Assembly: GCA_951406725.2 (NCBI GenBank)
Contig: OX597814.1
Coordinates: forward strand, 44,578,001-44,642,000
Length of the DNA: 64,000 bases
Direction of reading: 5' to 3'
From: Octopus vulgaris
Taxonomy: Eukaryota
The translations under genes and the position numbers were made by a program. This document shows positions 53,518-64,000 of this stretch, piece after piece. Each line of letters opens with the position of its first letter. Within the stretch, counting starts at the first letter, position 1. A model generated the notes under the pieces. The model searched no databases. It was given only the letters and a program-made list of their open reading frames with translations, and had not been told where the DNA came from.

Positions 53518-54017
53518 GTTTTTACCGGGGATTTGTCAAGACACCGCAAGGACCTCAGGCAGGCAGTACTTCACGCAATATGCGTGCAGTTCCAAGTAAT
53601 GCTGGCTTTTGCAATACACCTAGATTGTAGAGTATTTCTAAAGTTTTCAGATGTTTCGTTTTCAGATTGGCTGGTATTGAATCTAATGCTCCGATGCCAA
53701 TTGGGATAAACTTTATGTTTGACTCTCGTTGCTGCCACGTCTTAGCGATCTCAATTTTTAGGTCTCCATATTTATCAAACTTTTCTCTTTCTTTCATGAG
53801 AATATGTTGAATCCCTGGCACTGTCACGTCAGTTATTAGGCACTCCTAAAGGTTATTATATCCGGCCTTCAGGGCACTAGTACCTTGTCTGTCTGGAAGT
53901 CAAAGTGCCAGGGGATTTTTGCCTTCCCTTTTTCGTCCATTACTTTTTCCGGTGTATGTTGATACCAAGCACGGGTAACCTCATATCCATACTTACGGAA
54001 TAGTAGCCAGTGGAGGT
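53518..54017 (-). mobile_element. R4/Dong-clade LINE 3' fragment (restriction-like endonuclease region)
   Basis: KEREKFDKYGDLKIEIAKTW..FIPIGIGALD..LQKPALLGTARILREVL, with upstream 'WHFDFQTD..' and 'RPDI' relics. The 5' end abuts an AAT/ATT tract. Confidence 0.8.
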
Positions 54018-54035
54018 ATAATAATAATAATAATA

Positions 54036-54079
<44 letters not shown>

Positions 54080-54152
54080 CGTTATTATTATTTTTATTAT
54101 TATTATCACCATTATCATCTTTATCATTATCATCATCATTATTATCATTATT

Positions 54153-54185
<33 letters not shown>

Positions 54186-54197
54186 TTATCATTAATA

Positions 54198-54234
<37 letters not shown>

Positions 54235-54237
54235 TAC

Positions 54238-54302
<65 letters not shown>
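54018..54302. repeat. (AAT)n/(ATT)n microsatellite
   Basis: Visible directly. Confidence 0.95.
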
Positions 54303-54999
54303 TTCATACAGACTAGAAGGTTGTGGACACAACTGTGACGAAGAGAATAATTTTGATAATGATGTTGATGAGAATTAAATGGCAGCTGGGGTGATGAGAA
54401 GGGATAGAATGAAGACGATGAAGATGATAATGATGATGAAAACGGTAATGATGATTTTTAATTTTTATCTAAATTAGATTGTTGAATTCAAGAATTTACA
54501 GCAATTTGTATTGACCTCAAAGTGCAAAACTGCGGTGAAGTCAGCTCCGATCAGAAAATATTTTTTTGTTTTTGTGTCATAAAACATCAGTCGTAGGTAA
54601 TTAATTGCTTAGCAACCACAGAATCTTCCAGTAAAATGACGCAGGAAATGTTTAGTTCAGTTCCCACTGGCCAGGTAAAATAGGTTTATTTGGCTGATAT
54701 AATCAATATACGAATATAGGACAAATATCATAAAGTACGTTATTTCTTCATTCATTTATTCCTTCATTCGCTCATTCCATTAGCCTGCCAGTAATTTTGA
54801 TGTTTTGGATAAGATCTCGGAACTCAAAACTAGAAAACTATTTACCAGTTTCAGTTAGTTCGATACTATACAACCATCGACATTTTCTACACAAACGAAT
54901 ATTTCTAGTCGCTTATGCTTTTTATGTAATGGAGAGACATGTATGTATAGTGCTTACTTTTGCTAATTGCCTTAGTTCAGTTGTTCTTGTAGAAACTAC

Positions 55000-55590
55000 C
55001 AAAAATATTATAGATTCATAACTGCATTATCACCCCTATTACCAGCTCACCCGCATTCTTGATTAACCATAACACTTCCACGAGATCGATGATCTCACTT
55101 AGAATATCCTTTACTCTCAGATTAATAATATTGTAACTACCATAACACTTCCAACAAGACTCTAGCTTGCCGCCAAATCCACCACAGATCTGTAAAAAAT
55201 AGCACACATACAGTCCCACTAACATGCTATTAAAACATTCATCTACCATCGCTTCTCTCACCATGCTAATAAAAGTAAGATGGCAATTATCACCACCACT
55301 GCTAGATTGGTAACACTAATCTTACCATCTAACATTTCCTTCACGAAATTACATTTGCTTCTAAACCCAGGCTTCTTTCTTCTATGCAATACCTTTCTTT
55401 CTCTTCCACCACCACCCCTCTCTCCGACTATCTATTTCTTTCACTCTTTTATATCGCACGGAAAACAGTTTCAGCGAATTACTTTTCACAAATTTCATGG
55501 AACTGGCTGTCCTGCTTCCCATTAATCACCACTACAGTTTCGATAGACGAATATCTGCCGTAAAATTCAATATCGGACATCACAGAAAGG
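55000..55590 (+). mobile_element. Decayed CR1/L2-like LINE 3' region
   Basis: C/A-skewed block ending with a 'HSFIS..WNWL..FP' relic typical of CR1-type ORF2 ends. Confidence 0.3.
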
Positions 55591-55702
55591 CCGCTTGTCG
55601 CCCATCAAAATATTCTAGCCTTGAAAACAGCAAAACCTTAATATGCGTCTATCCACCGAATTTATATGTTTTATATTCTGTATTAAAGTTTAGAAATACA
55701 AA

Positions 55703-55878
55703 AGCGTGGGTGTGTGATAAGAAGCTTCATGCCCAACCACATCGTCCGTGTTTCAATCCCACTTCGTGGCACCTTCGGCATGTGTCTTCTACTATAGCCT
55801 CGGGTCGACAATTTGTAATCAGAAACTGGAAGAAGACCGTCATATGTATATGTATATATATATGTATATACAAGTGTG

Positions 55879-55934
<56 letters not shown>

Positions 55935-56150
55935 CGTGCGTGCGTGTTGTGTGTATGTGACTTTGTGTCTGTTTGTACTCTCCACCACCGGTGTTGTAAT
56001 TTAGTGGTTCGCCATAAGAGAGTGAGAGAATAAGAACCATGCTTTAAGATAATCAGTGCTGGGATCGATACTTTCGACTAAAAATCCGTAAAGGCTGTGC
56101 CCCAGCATTGCTACAGTCTTATAACTGAATCAAGTAAAAGATAAAAGTAA
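55703..56150 (+). mobile_element. SINE family B, complete (head - internal GT microsatellite - 3' half)
   Basis: Head GCGTGGGTGTGTGATAAGAAGCTT..GTGGCACCTTCGGCATGTGTCTTCTACTATAGCC, then (GT)n, then the 3' half seen at 20.0 and 25.2 kb. Confidence 0.8.
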
Positions 56151-57051
56151 ATAGACAAGTAAGCCCTCTCGACCCATGAAGAACTAACAAATACAAGTTT
56201 CATAAATGTTAATGTTCAAACAACAACGATTATTACTACCACCACCACTAACATAACACTGGAATCACCATCACAATGTCAGTGTCCCATTACAAACATA
56301 TCTTATTCTTAAATCTGCCTCACCATCGCCACGATTCATCTAGAATAGTATTGCCGTTCATAACACTGACATATTTTCTATCCTAATAGGTGAAGTAACT
56401 GCTGAACTGTACTGATGCCCTTTCGTTCAGTTTTGTAAGCACTGAAGATGTAGATACAAAAATTGAAAAAAAAAGATACACGCAAACCGCTTATTATATA
56501 TTTGATCTACTACACAGAGAAGAACTGAAACAGAACACTCTACTTCGGGGCCATTTTAGCCGTACGGCATTTCATATATAGAGGGGGTGTTATCCCCTTT
56601 GTATATGAAATGTGTGGATAAAAACATAGAATTGATGCCAACGACACTATTGAAAAACAATTGTATTCTTCCAAATTCAACAATGCCTCTTTGTGATTCT
56701 GCATAATATATATGAGTACACGCATGCACAGACGCGCACACATGTACACATACACAATACGTATCATATATATATATATATATATATATCTATATATATA
56801 TATATTCATAACATAAGGATAAGAATCATGTTAATGATAATTATCAGGTAGTCAGCGTAGAAAAAAGCATTTTATATATTAAATTCATAATTAAATATAT
56901 ATATATATATATTACTGAGATGTACGTACATAGCAAGTGACCTGATATGGGATCGTGAGCTAGAACGAAAACAATTGCAACGTGGAAGGTGTTTATAAGT
57001 CATTTAAGAAACACACAAAAACCGTTAGATTCACTTTCAACATTTAAATTT

Positions 57052-57107
57052 CATTTGCCAAAATATTTTTGTCGGTTTGAGACAGCGACATGTTCACTGA
57101 CAAAATT
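57052..57107 (-). ncRNA. Minimal type I hammerhead-like motif (left palindrome arm; G3-C8 core)
   Basis: The minus strand reads AATTTTGTCA-GTGAACA-T-GTCGC..CCGAC-AAAA-ATAT-TT-TGGCAAAT. G12 is mutated in this copy. Confidence 0.45.
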
Positions 57108-57123
57108 CCGAGATGCAGCACGG

Positions 57124-57179
57124 AATTTTGTCACTGAACAGGCCGCGGTCTCAAAGCGACGAAAATATTTTGGCAAATT
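57124..57179 (+). ncRNA. Minimal type I hammerhead-like motif (right palindrome arm; variant core)
   Basis: Stem I AATTTTGTCA/TGGCAAATT, core CTGAACA+G, stem II GCCGC/GCGAC, GAAA, palindromic ATAT, then TT. Confidence 0.5.
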
Positions 57180-57223
57180 AAATTTAAATGTTGAAGTGAA
57201 TCTAACCGTTTTTGTGTGTTTCT

Positions 57224-57285
<62 letters not shown>

Positions 57286-57400
57286 AGTAGTTGAATGAAT
57301 TATCTTGTTATGGATAATTCGGTTAACCTATACCTGGGTAGCAAATTCACATCAGAGAAGACACGGTTGAAGTTAATTCGTCGTTCAACTCCATTCTTTC

Positions 57401-57455
<55 letters not shown>

Positions 57456-57484
57456 ATATATATGTGTGTGTGTGTATAATTATT

Positions 57485-57571
<87 letters not shown>

Positions 57572-57603
57572 TATATATTTTTTCTCTCCCTGATCTTTTC
57601 CGT

Positions 57604-57645
57604 GTTACTTTCTGTCGAAGAGCGTACGCTCGAAACGTAAAAGAC
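57604..57645 (+). ncRNA. Minimal hammerhead-like motif in a putative PLE terminal repeat
   Basis: CTTT-CTGTCGA-A-GAGC(GTAC)GCTC-GAAA-CG-TA-AAAG. Confidence 0.55.
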
Positions 57646-57731
57646 TTTCTCACTTCCCGAGCATTAAACTAATACATCTGCCTGACGTTTACACACCCGT
57701 CTTCGTCTTTTATTTTTTTCGTAAATTCTCA

Positions 57732-57785
<54 letters not shown>

Positions 57786-57899
57786 ATGTATATGTTTGCA
57801 TGTACGTATATGTATACATACTTAAATACATATCTACATTTTCAAGAGTCACGTAGATGTATCGATAAATTTTGAAGAACACATTGATTTTTTTTTTCC

Positions 57900-60170
57900 T
57901 CTATTTTTCTTCTCTTTCTTCCCACACTTCAACTGAGTTTAGTTTGCGCCATAGTTATGACTCCATAAAAAAGGAGCAAATTTTTAGTGGAGACCAATAA
58001 GGCGTACTACCAGCACTTTTCCTATCAAACTACCTTTGAAAACCACGAAACTAAAACCGGTTAAGCAAATATTAATAAAATATTTTTAAAAGATTCCAAG
58101 TGAACTTTCTACATTTATTTTCTTTAAAAATTATTTTCTTGCACATTTCCACCACGCGAGGACTGAAAATGGCACCAAAATCTGATTGAAGCTCTACTAC
58201 GACTGAAAAGATTTTAAAGAAAGTAAGATTCTTTCCAACCTTCCAATGTTAACATTTAAAAAACGTGATAGAATGTAGACATATAGCAAAGATTTTAACA
58301 AGAGTGTAGGTCAAATTCAATAAGCAGTTTAGTCAAACCTTAAACTAATTATTTACAGCCATAAGAACGTAATTCTACGGAGTGCAAAGCAGGAACCATG
58401 TACCGAAATAAGAGAACAACGTCATTAATCTGCAAAGACAAACACATTTTATTATATAAAGCTTAAATCATATCTGGAAGTCAAACCTCACAAACTGCAA
58501 ATATGCTATTGGCATGCGTTGAAAACTATCAGGGAAGTCGAAACATATAAAATGGATTAATTCAACAGAGAATGTTCTCCTCAGGAAATTACAAATTAAG
58601 CCAATTCTTTCTGAACTTGAACAAAAAAGATTATAATAAAGAATATGACTCTAGACAACTTCAAAACGGAAATCGAACTATTATAATTCAGGAAGAAGTC
58701 TAGTAAACACACATTCAAATCAGGTGAAGAACAAATGGAAGAGAAATTCAAAAAAGAAACCACAGACCCACTATATTAGAAAACCATTAAATTCTAGAGA
58801 TAATATGCAAAAATAAACAGTTAAAATCTCTTCATAGATAGGAGTAGAGTGCAAATTGGTTTTGTAATTATTACAATGAATTCAAAAACAAAATATTTAG
58901 CAGATGAACCATTATCGAGAAAAGGCTAAAATCTATACTCCTTGTGCATAAGCAATAAATTAAGTGACAAAAGAATTAAACTTATAATCACTAGGGTTAA
59001 GAAAACAATTATACAAACTCGAAGATAGTTAGACAACATAGAAAACGCTAAATCCTCCCTTTCCTCAGACAGAATATCTGCCAGAGCCAAAGATCTCAAC
59101 TTGTACAAAGAAGCAAAAATTATAACTAAAAAGAAACCAATTCCATACAGTGCTAACGAAAATCTAAATCTAAGAATGAACCCAATTACTACGGAAAACT
59201 CAGGAAAACAAAGGAAAAAAAATTATCAAGAAGTATAGAAACATCACCAAAATGATAAACGTTAAAAGTCATTTTGTTTAGAAACTGTCGACAGATTTTG
59301 TGACTCTAGGTGGTAAAAACCGACCAGATAATCAATCTTTCATACAGAAATCCTTCAGCACAAGATATGCAAGTTTTCTAAAAACGCTTGAAATTCTATC
59401 CAACAACACAATACCTAACTATAATAAAATAGTAGACAATCCCTCTCACTTCTGCAGAATATTATGCCTAACATAAGAAATATTTGACAAGGAAAATAAT
59501 GATGAATCAGTTGTAAGAAATCAAAGTGGATACAATCCAAAGTTTGGAACAAAGCTTTATAAAAATGTTTTTATACACAACTTTCTTTATCATGAACTAC
59601 CATAATCTAAATCCAAGTCCAATACTGGTCAAAAAGAATGAGAAATTATTCATAAACACAAAAATAATAATAACGTCATACTTTCTTTTTAAAAGGACAA
59701 GAGAAGAACTGTAGTCATTACGGATACTGAAACCTACAAACACATTGCATTTTTCCTACTACGATACTCTTATTATAACAAAATAAATTATCTCCGATCA
59801 ACAATGAAGAAACGCGACACTTTCATTCTCCTACGACGAATACGTTTAACAATCAGGGAGTGCAACAACCTGACGAAGTTTTAATGCAAGATCAACAATC
59901 TATACGGGCTCGTCAATATTTTCAATGATAAAACGATATATAAGACCAGTATGGAATATGCCGCCATTCATTAATGTTAACTTCACAAGTGATACAGGTA
60001 TGTGAGAGATGTGAAACAATCATACTCAGCAACATGTGAAACAATCATACGCAAAAACAGTATGTAGACATACTGCTCAAAGCCAGTCTCAATGATATAA
60101 TGAGCCTTGTAAAAGTAGATTTGAACCACCACCCAAAGAAAGTTTTTTCGTATTTTATTCTCATTTTTTC
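57900..60170 (+). mobile_element. Decayed Penelope-like element (ORF N-terminus to start of RT)
   Basis: Strongly A-rich plus strand. Relics 'VVITDTETYKHIA' (PLE DKG..VVIMD..Y), 'NLYGLVNIF' (YGLPKIH) and 'IRP' at 59.7-59.95 kb, with an HHR-bearing repeat upstream. The upstream extent is inferred from composition only. Confidence 0.5.
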
Positions 60171-60329
60171 GAACTAATACAGGCAGAGTGAACCTTTCAT
60201 AAGTTTTTTAAAAAAAGGGAAAACTATGCTCGGAGATAAATCTATCAAAAAAAATATACAGACGAATACAGATCTGCTAGCCTTAAGAAGCTGCGCTACG
60301 AACAATGTTTACGTGCAGATAATCCTAAA

Positions 60330-63300
60330 CTGACAGATCCGTCTCTTAATGTAAGAGCCGAAGCTCGTCATGCTTCAATGTCAACAAAACAAACTACAAA
60401 CCGCGATGGTCATCGAGCGTATTACAAAAGACCACGTACCCGAAAATTGAACCAAAGTCTGATTGAAAAATCAGCTACTGGATCAAATCTTCCCGACACA
60501 CAGGAGCTGGACGTACTCCACAACTGGAATATTCCAACGGATGACCATCCATGCTCGTCACCAAACACTCAAAAGAAAAAGAACAACACAATACCTAACT
60601 ATAGATAATAAAGAAGTTCCTGCGGCCTTCTACCATGCCATATATTTTCCCACAGATAAATCGAACACTATACAAACCTACATAAACTGGAGACAGAAAC
60701 ACTCTGAAGCCAGACCCTACACAGACAGTAACAAACTTGCCAAGAAACATTATTAAAAAAATTACTGACTGAAGTAGAGATTGACCAAATTAGACAAGCA
60801 GTAGCGGATAGAATGAACAAAGCTGCAGCTAAAGAAGATAATACAGAGGAAATAATTATAGACCAGCCCAGAGGTGATAAAAACGAAGTAAGGATTGAAA
60901 GAGTTAGTATAAGTGATAGGCAAAGTGAAATACTCCCTGAACCAATCATAAACACTAAGACAGATGAACATCAAATAGATGAAGAAAGTCACACAAATAT
61001 TGACCCAACAGAACTACATGAGCTAAAAAGTCAAATCATGATTGAATGGCTGAAAATTAAAGAAACCAGTATGGATGAACGTGATACACTCCCTAAAATC
61101 CGCAACTCTAACCAAAACATGAAAATAATTCGTAAAATCCGGCTTGCACTTAAGGATATAATTTCAGCTAATGATGTTGATATCACAGATCTCAACCACC
61201 TATACTATGCATCCGCAAAAATCTCAACGATCCTATGTGGTGAAAAGATTAGAAAACGGCAACATTTCCACAAAAAGCCTTCTTGGCAAGAGCGTTTGCA
61301 ACAACAAATTAAACTATTTATATCTGACATTGAATATTTGAAAAACCTTAAGGTTCATAACACTACCAAACCTGCAAAAACTCAAAAACTAATGAAAAAA
61401 TATAATATGAAAACTATACTTGATATTGATGCCACCATAGAAACCATCAAGCAAAAAATATCTGCTAAAGCTGCCCGCATAGCGAGGTATGAAAAGCGTA
61501 TTAGATCCTTCAGGGACAACAACATGTTCAAAAATAACCCCAAAACTTTTTACAGGAAGATAGGAAAAACACCAGTTACTGTAAAGTCTGTACCATCAAA
61601 AGAAGAAGTGCAGGGATTTGGGAATAAAATTTGGGAAGAAGACAAAACATACAGCGAAAAGGCCCCCTGGATTAATAGAATATCTAAAGAACTGGACTCC
61701 TTAAAAGAGCAAACGTGGGAGGGTGTCAAGGTAGAAGATATAAGATCTGCTCTCAGGAGGTCAAGCAAATGGAAGTCTCCAGGAAAGGATAAAATCCCTA
61801 ACTTCTGGTTTAATGCCTTCCTAGAAAGCCATGAACTGCTAACAGAACTTTACAATGATGTTTTGCAACACCCTAGTAGGATACCTCCTTGGCTAGTTAA
61901 TGGGTTAACATTCCTGCTTCCCAAAAGTGAAGAAACAAATGAACCAAAAAACTATAGACCCATAACCTGCTTAACAACTATGTATAAAACACTAACATCT
62001 GTCCTGACGGAATATACCTAAAGTTTTTTGACAGACAGCAGCATATTCCCTAATGAACAGAAAGGATGTAAACGTGGATCCTACAGTTGTAAAGATCAAC
62101 TACTCATCAATAAGATGATCTTAGAAGATTGTCACAAACGACACAAAAACTTATCAATAGCCTGGATAGACTATAAAAAGGTTTTTGATAGCCTACCACA
62201 TAGCTGGATTAAGAAATGCCTGGACATGTATAAGATAGCACCTACTCTGCGAAAATATTTGTCCGTAAGTATGAGATCATGGAGAACCACACTAACTTTG
62301 AACAGTGACAATGAATCTCTAAATGCTGGTGATGTAAAAATGTCATGTGGCATTTTCCAGGGTGACTCACTATCACCACTCCTCTTCTTTTTAGCCTTAA
62401 TACCCCTCTCAAAACTGCTCAATGACGGGCAGTACGGATATAAAAAGTTTGATAAAAATATAAATCATCTCATTTACATGGCTGATTTAAAGCTCTTTGC
62501 AGAAAATGACCAACAACTCAAGGGCTTACTAGCGATTGTCAAACAATTCAGTGATGACATCAGAATGCAATTCGGCCTCGATAAATGTGCAAAAGCTACC
62601 TTTATCAAAGGAAAAATGACAGAAACATCTAACATTAACGTTGACCAGCAGAATGTCATAAAAGAATTAGACCCAGCGGAGAACTACAAATATCTAGGGG
62701 TAATTGAAGAGACGGAATAAGGCATTCAGAGATGAAGGAAAGGATCAGGAGAGAATGTTATCGCAGAGTAAGAGCAATATTCAAGACAGAGCTGAATGCG
62801 AGAAACAGGATCGAAGCGATCAATGCACTAGCCATACCAGTCGTGACATAGTTTCAATATCGTTAACTGGTCAATTACTGAAATATGTAATCTTGACAGA
62901 AACATACGAAAACTGTTGACAATGCATAGAATGCACCACCCTAAGGCAGATACAGAACGACTTTATCTGCCAAGAAAAGAGGGAGGCCGTGGTGGACTTT
63001 TACAACTGGCAATAACAATGAAGATTGCTACAATTGGCCTAGACACCTACCTGAAAAACTCTGAGGACTGGATGTTAAAACTTGTCTCAAAACATGAAAA
63101 CAAGAAAGCATCATACTCAGTAACAAAACAGGCAAAGGAATATCTAAGTGAATTCCGAATACAACAAATTTCGGAATTAGAGATAGACATAGAAGAAACA
63201 GGCACAGAAAAAGCTAAGCGCATGAAAACCCGTGCTAAATCTGCGGCCTTAGATATTCTGAATGATAAATGGCAAGAGAAACCTCTCTATGGCAAATACC

Positions 63301-64000
63301 CAAAGAGAGCGAATAATGCAGATGTTGACAAAGCCCTGACCCATCAATGGCTAATGGCCTCTGGCTTAAAATCATAAACAGAGGGATTTATCATCGTAGC
63401 TCAAGATCAATGCCTACCAACAAGAAACTACCAGGCCAACTTATTAAAGATCGGTAGTAGCCCAACATGTCGTGTATGTCAGCAACCAAATGAAACCATT
63501 GATCATGTGGTTTCCAAGTGCAGTCTTCTAGCGCCTACAGAGTATCTTCACAGGCATGATAGAGCTGCACAATATATTCACTGGGTAATTTGCAAAAACG
63601 TGGATTTGCCCCATGAAAAAACTCGTGGGAACACAAACCACCCCCAGTGCTTGAAAATGACCACATCTCACTCCTCTGGAACTTCACCATTCAAACTGAC
63701 AGAAAGATAGATGCAAATAGGCCAGACATCATATTGAAAGACTTCAAACAAAGAACATGCCTCCTCATTGATATGACTGTCCCAATCGATATAAACGTAC
63801 CTGTCAAGACCTACCCAAAGACTGAGCAAATATAAAGATCTTGAAATAGAAATCAGCAAAATGTGGAACCTGAAGACTAAAACAATACCTGTTGTCATAG
63901 GTGCCCTGGGAATGAGAGCGAAAGGGGATGATCGCTACCTAACTCAGATACCAGGAAACCCCAAAATGGCAGAAATTCAAAAGATAGTGCTCATGGGAAC
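60330..64000 (+). mobile_element. R4/Dong-clade non-LTR retrotransposon (RT plus restriction-like endonuclease), near full-length, running off the window
   Basis: Single disrupted ORF: [62 protein letters not shown] (YMDD mutated), YKYLG, RLYLPRKEGGRG, CRVC..ETIDHVVSKC, RPDII..D..ID, KYKDL. Confidence 0.9.
60378..64000 (+). pseudogene. R4/Dong polyprotein pseudogene (RT-CCHC-REL), several stops and frameshifts
   Basis: ORF-track pieces 60378-60608, 60463-60756, 60813-62021, 62028-62720, 62916-63377, 63507-63710 and 63647-63835 join into one collinear protein. Confidence 0.85.

Larger units (their letters stand above)
57002..57228. repeat. ~227-bp palindrome (109/108-bp arms, 10-nt spacer)
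   Basis: 57002-57110 versus the reverse complement of 57121-57228 shows about 8 substitutions and 1 indel by manual alignment. Confidence 0.95.

Overview
AT-rich, repeat-dominated eukaryotic DNA. The SINE families and compound microsatellites resemble an octopus/coleoid cephalopod genome; this is my recognition, not a database result. I found no supportable host gene, rRNA, tRNA or CRISPR array, and most short ORFs in the track are microsatellite read-throughs. The window is a mosaic of decayed transposons: a bounded Chapaev3-type (CMC) DNA transposon with 13-bp TIRs and a TAA TSD (47.3-49.5 kb), several Tc1/mariner relics, an R4/Dong-clade LINE (60.3 kb to the window end), RTE and Tx1/L1 fragments, Penelope-like (PLE) remnants and many tRNA-derived SINEs. 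The most interesting signal is non-coding: a set of type-I hammerhead ribozyme (HHR) motifs. These are (i) a canonical-core HHR with an unusually long 88-nt stem II at 33.9 kb, (ii) a ~227-bp palindrome at 57.0-57.2 kb whose arms each carry, on opposite strands, a minimal HHR with an apparent C3-G8 to G3-C8 core swap, and (iii) a minimal HHR with a CUGUCGA+A core variant at 57.6 kb upstream of a decayed PLE ORF. Weaker decayed copies also occur. All folds were read by eye and activity is untested.
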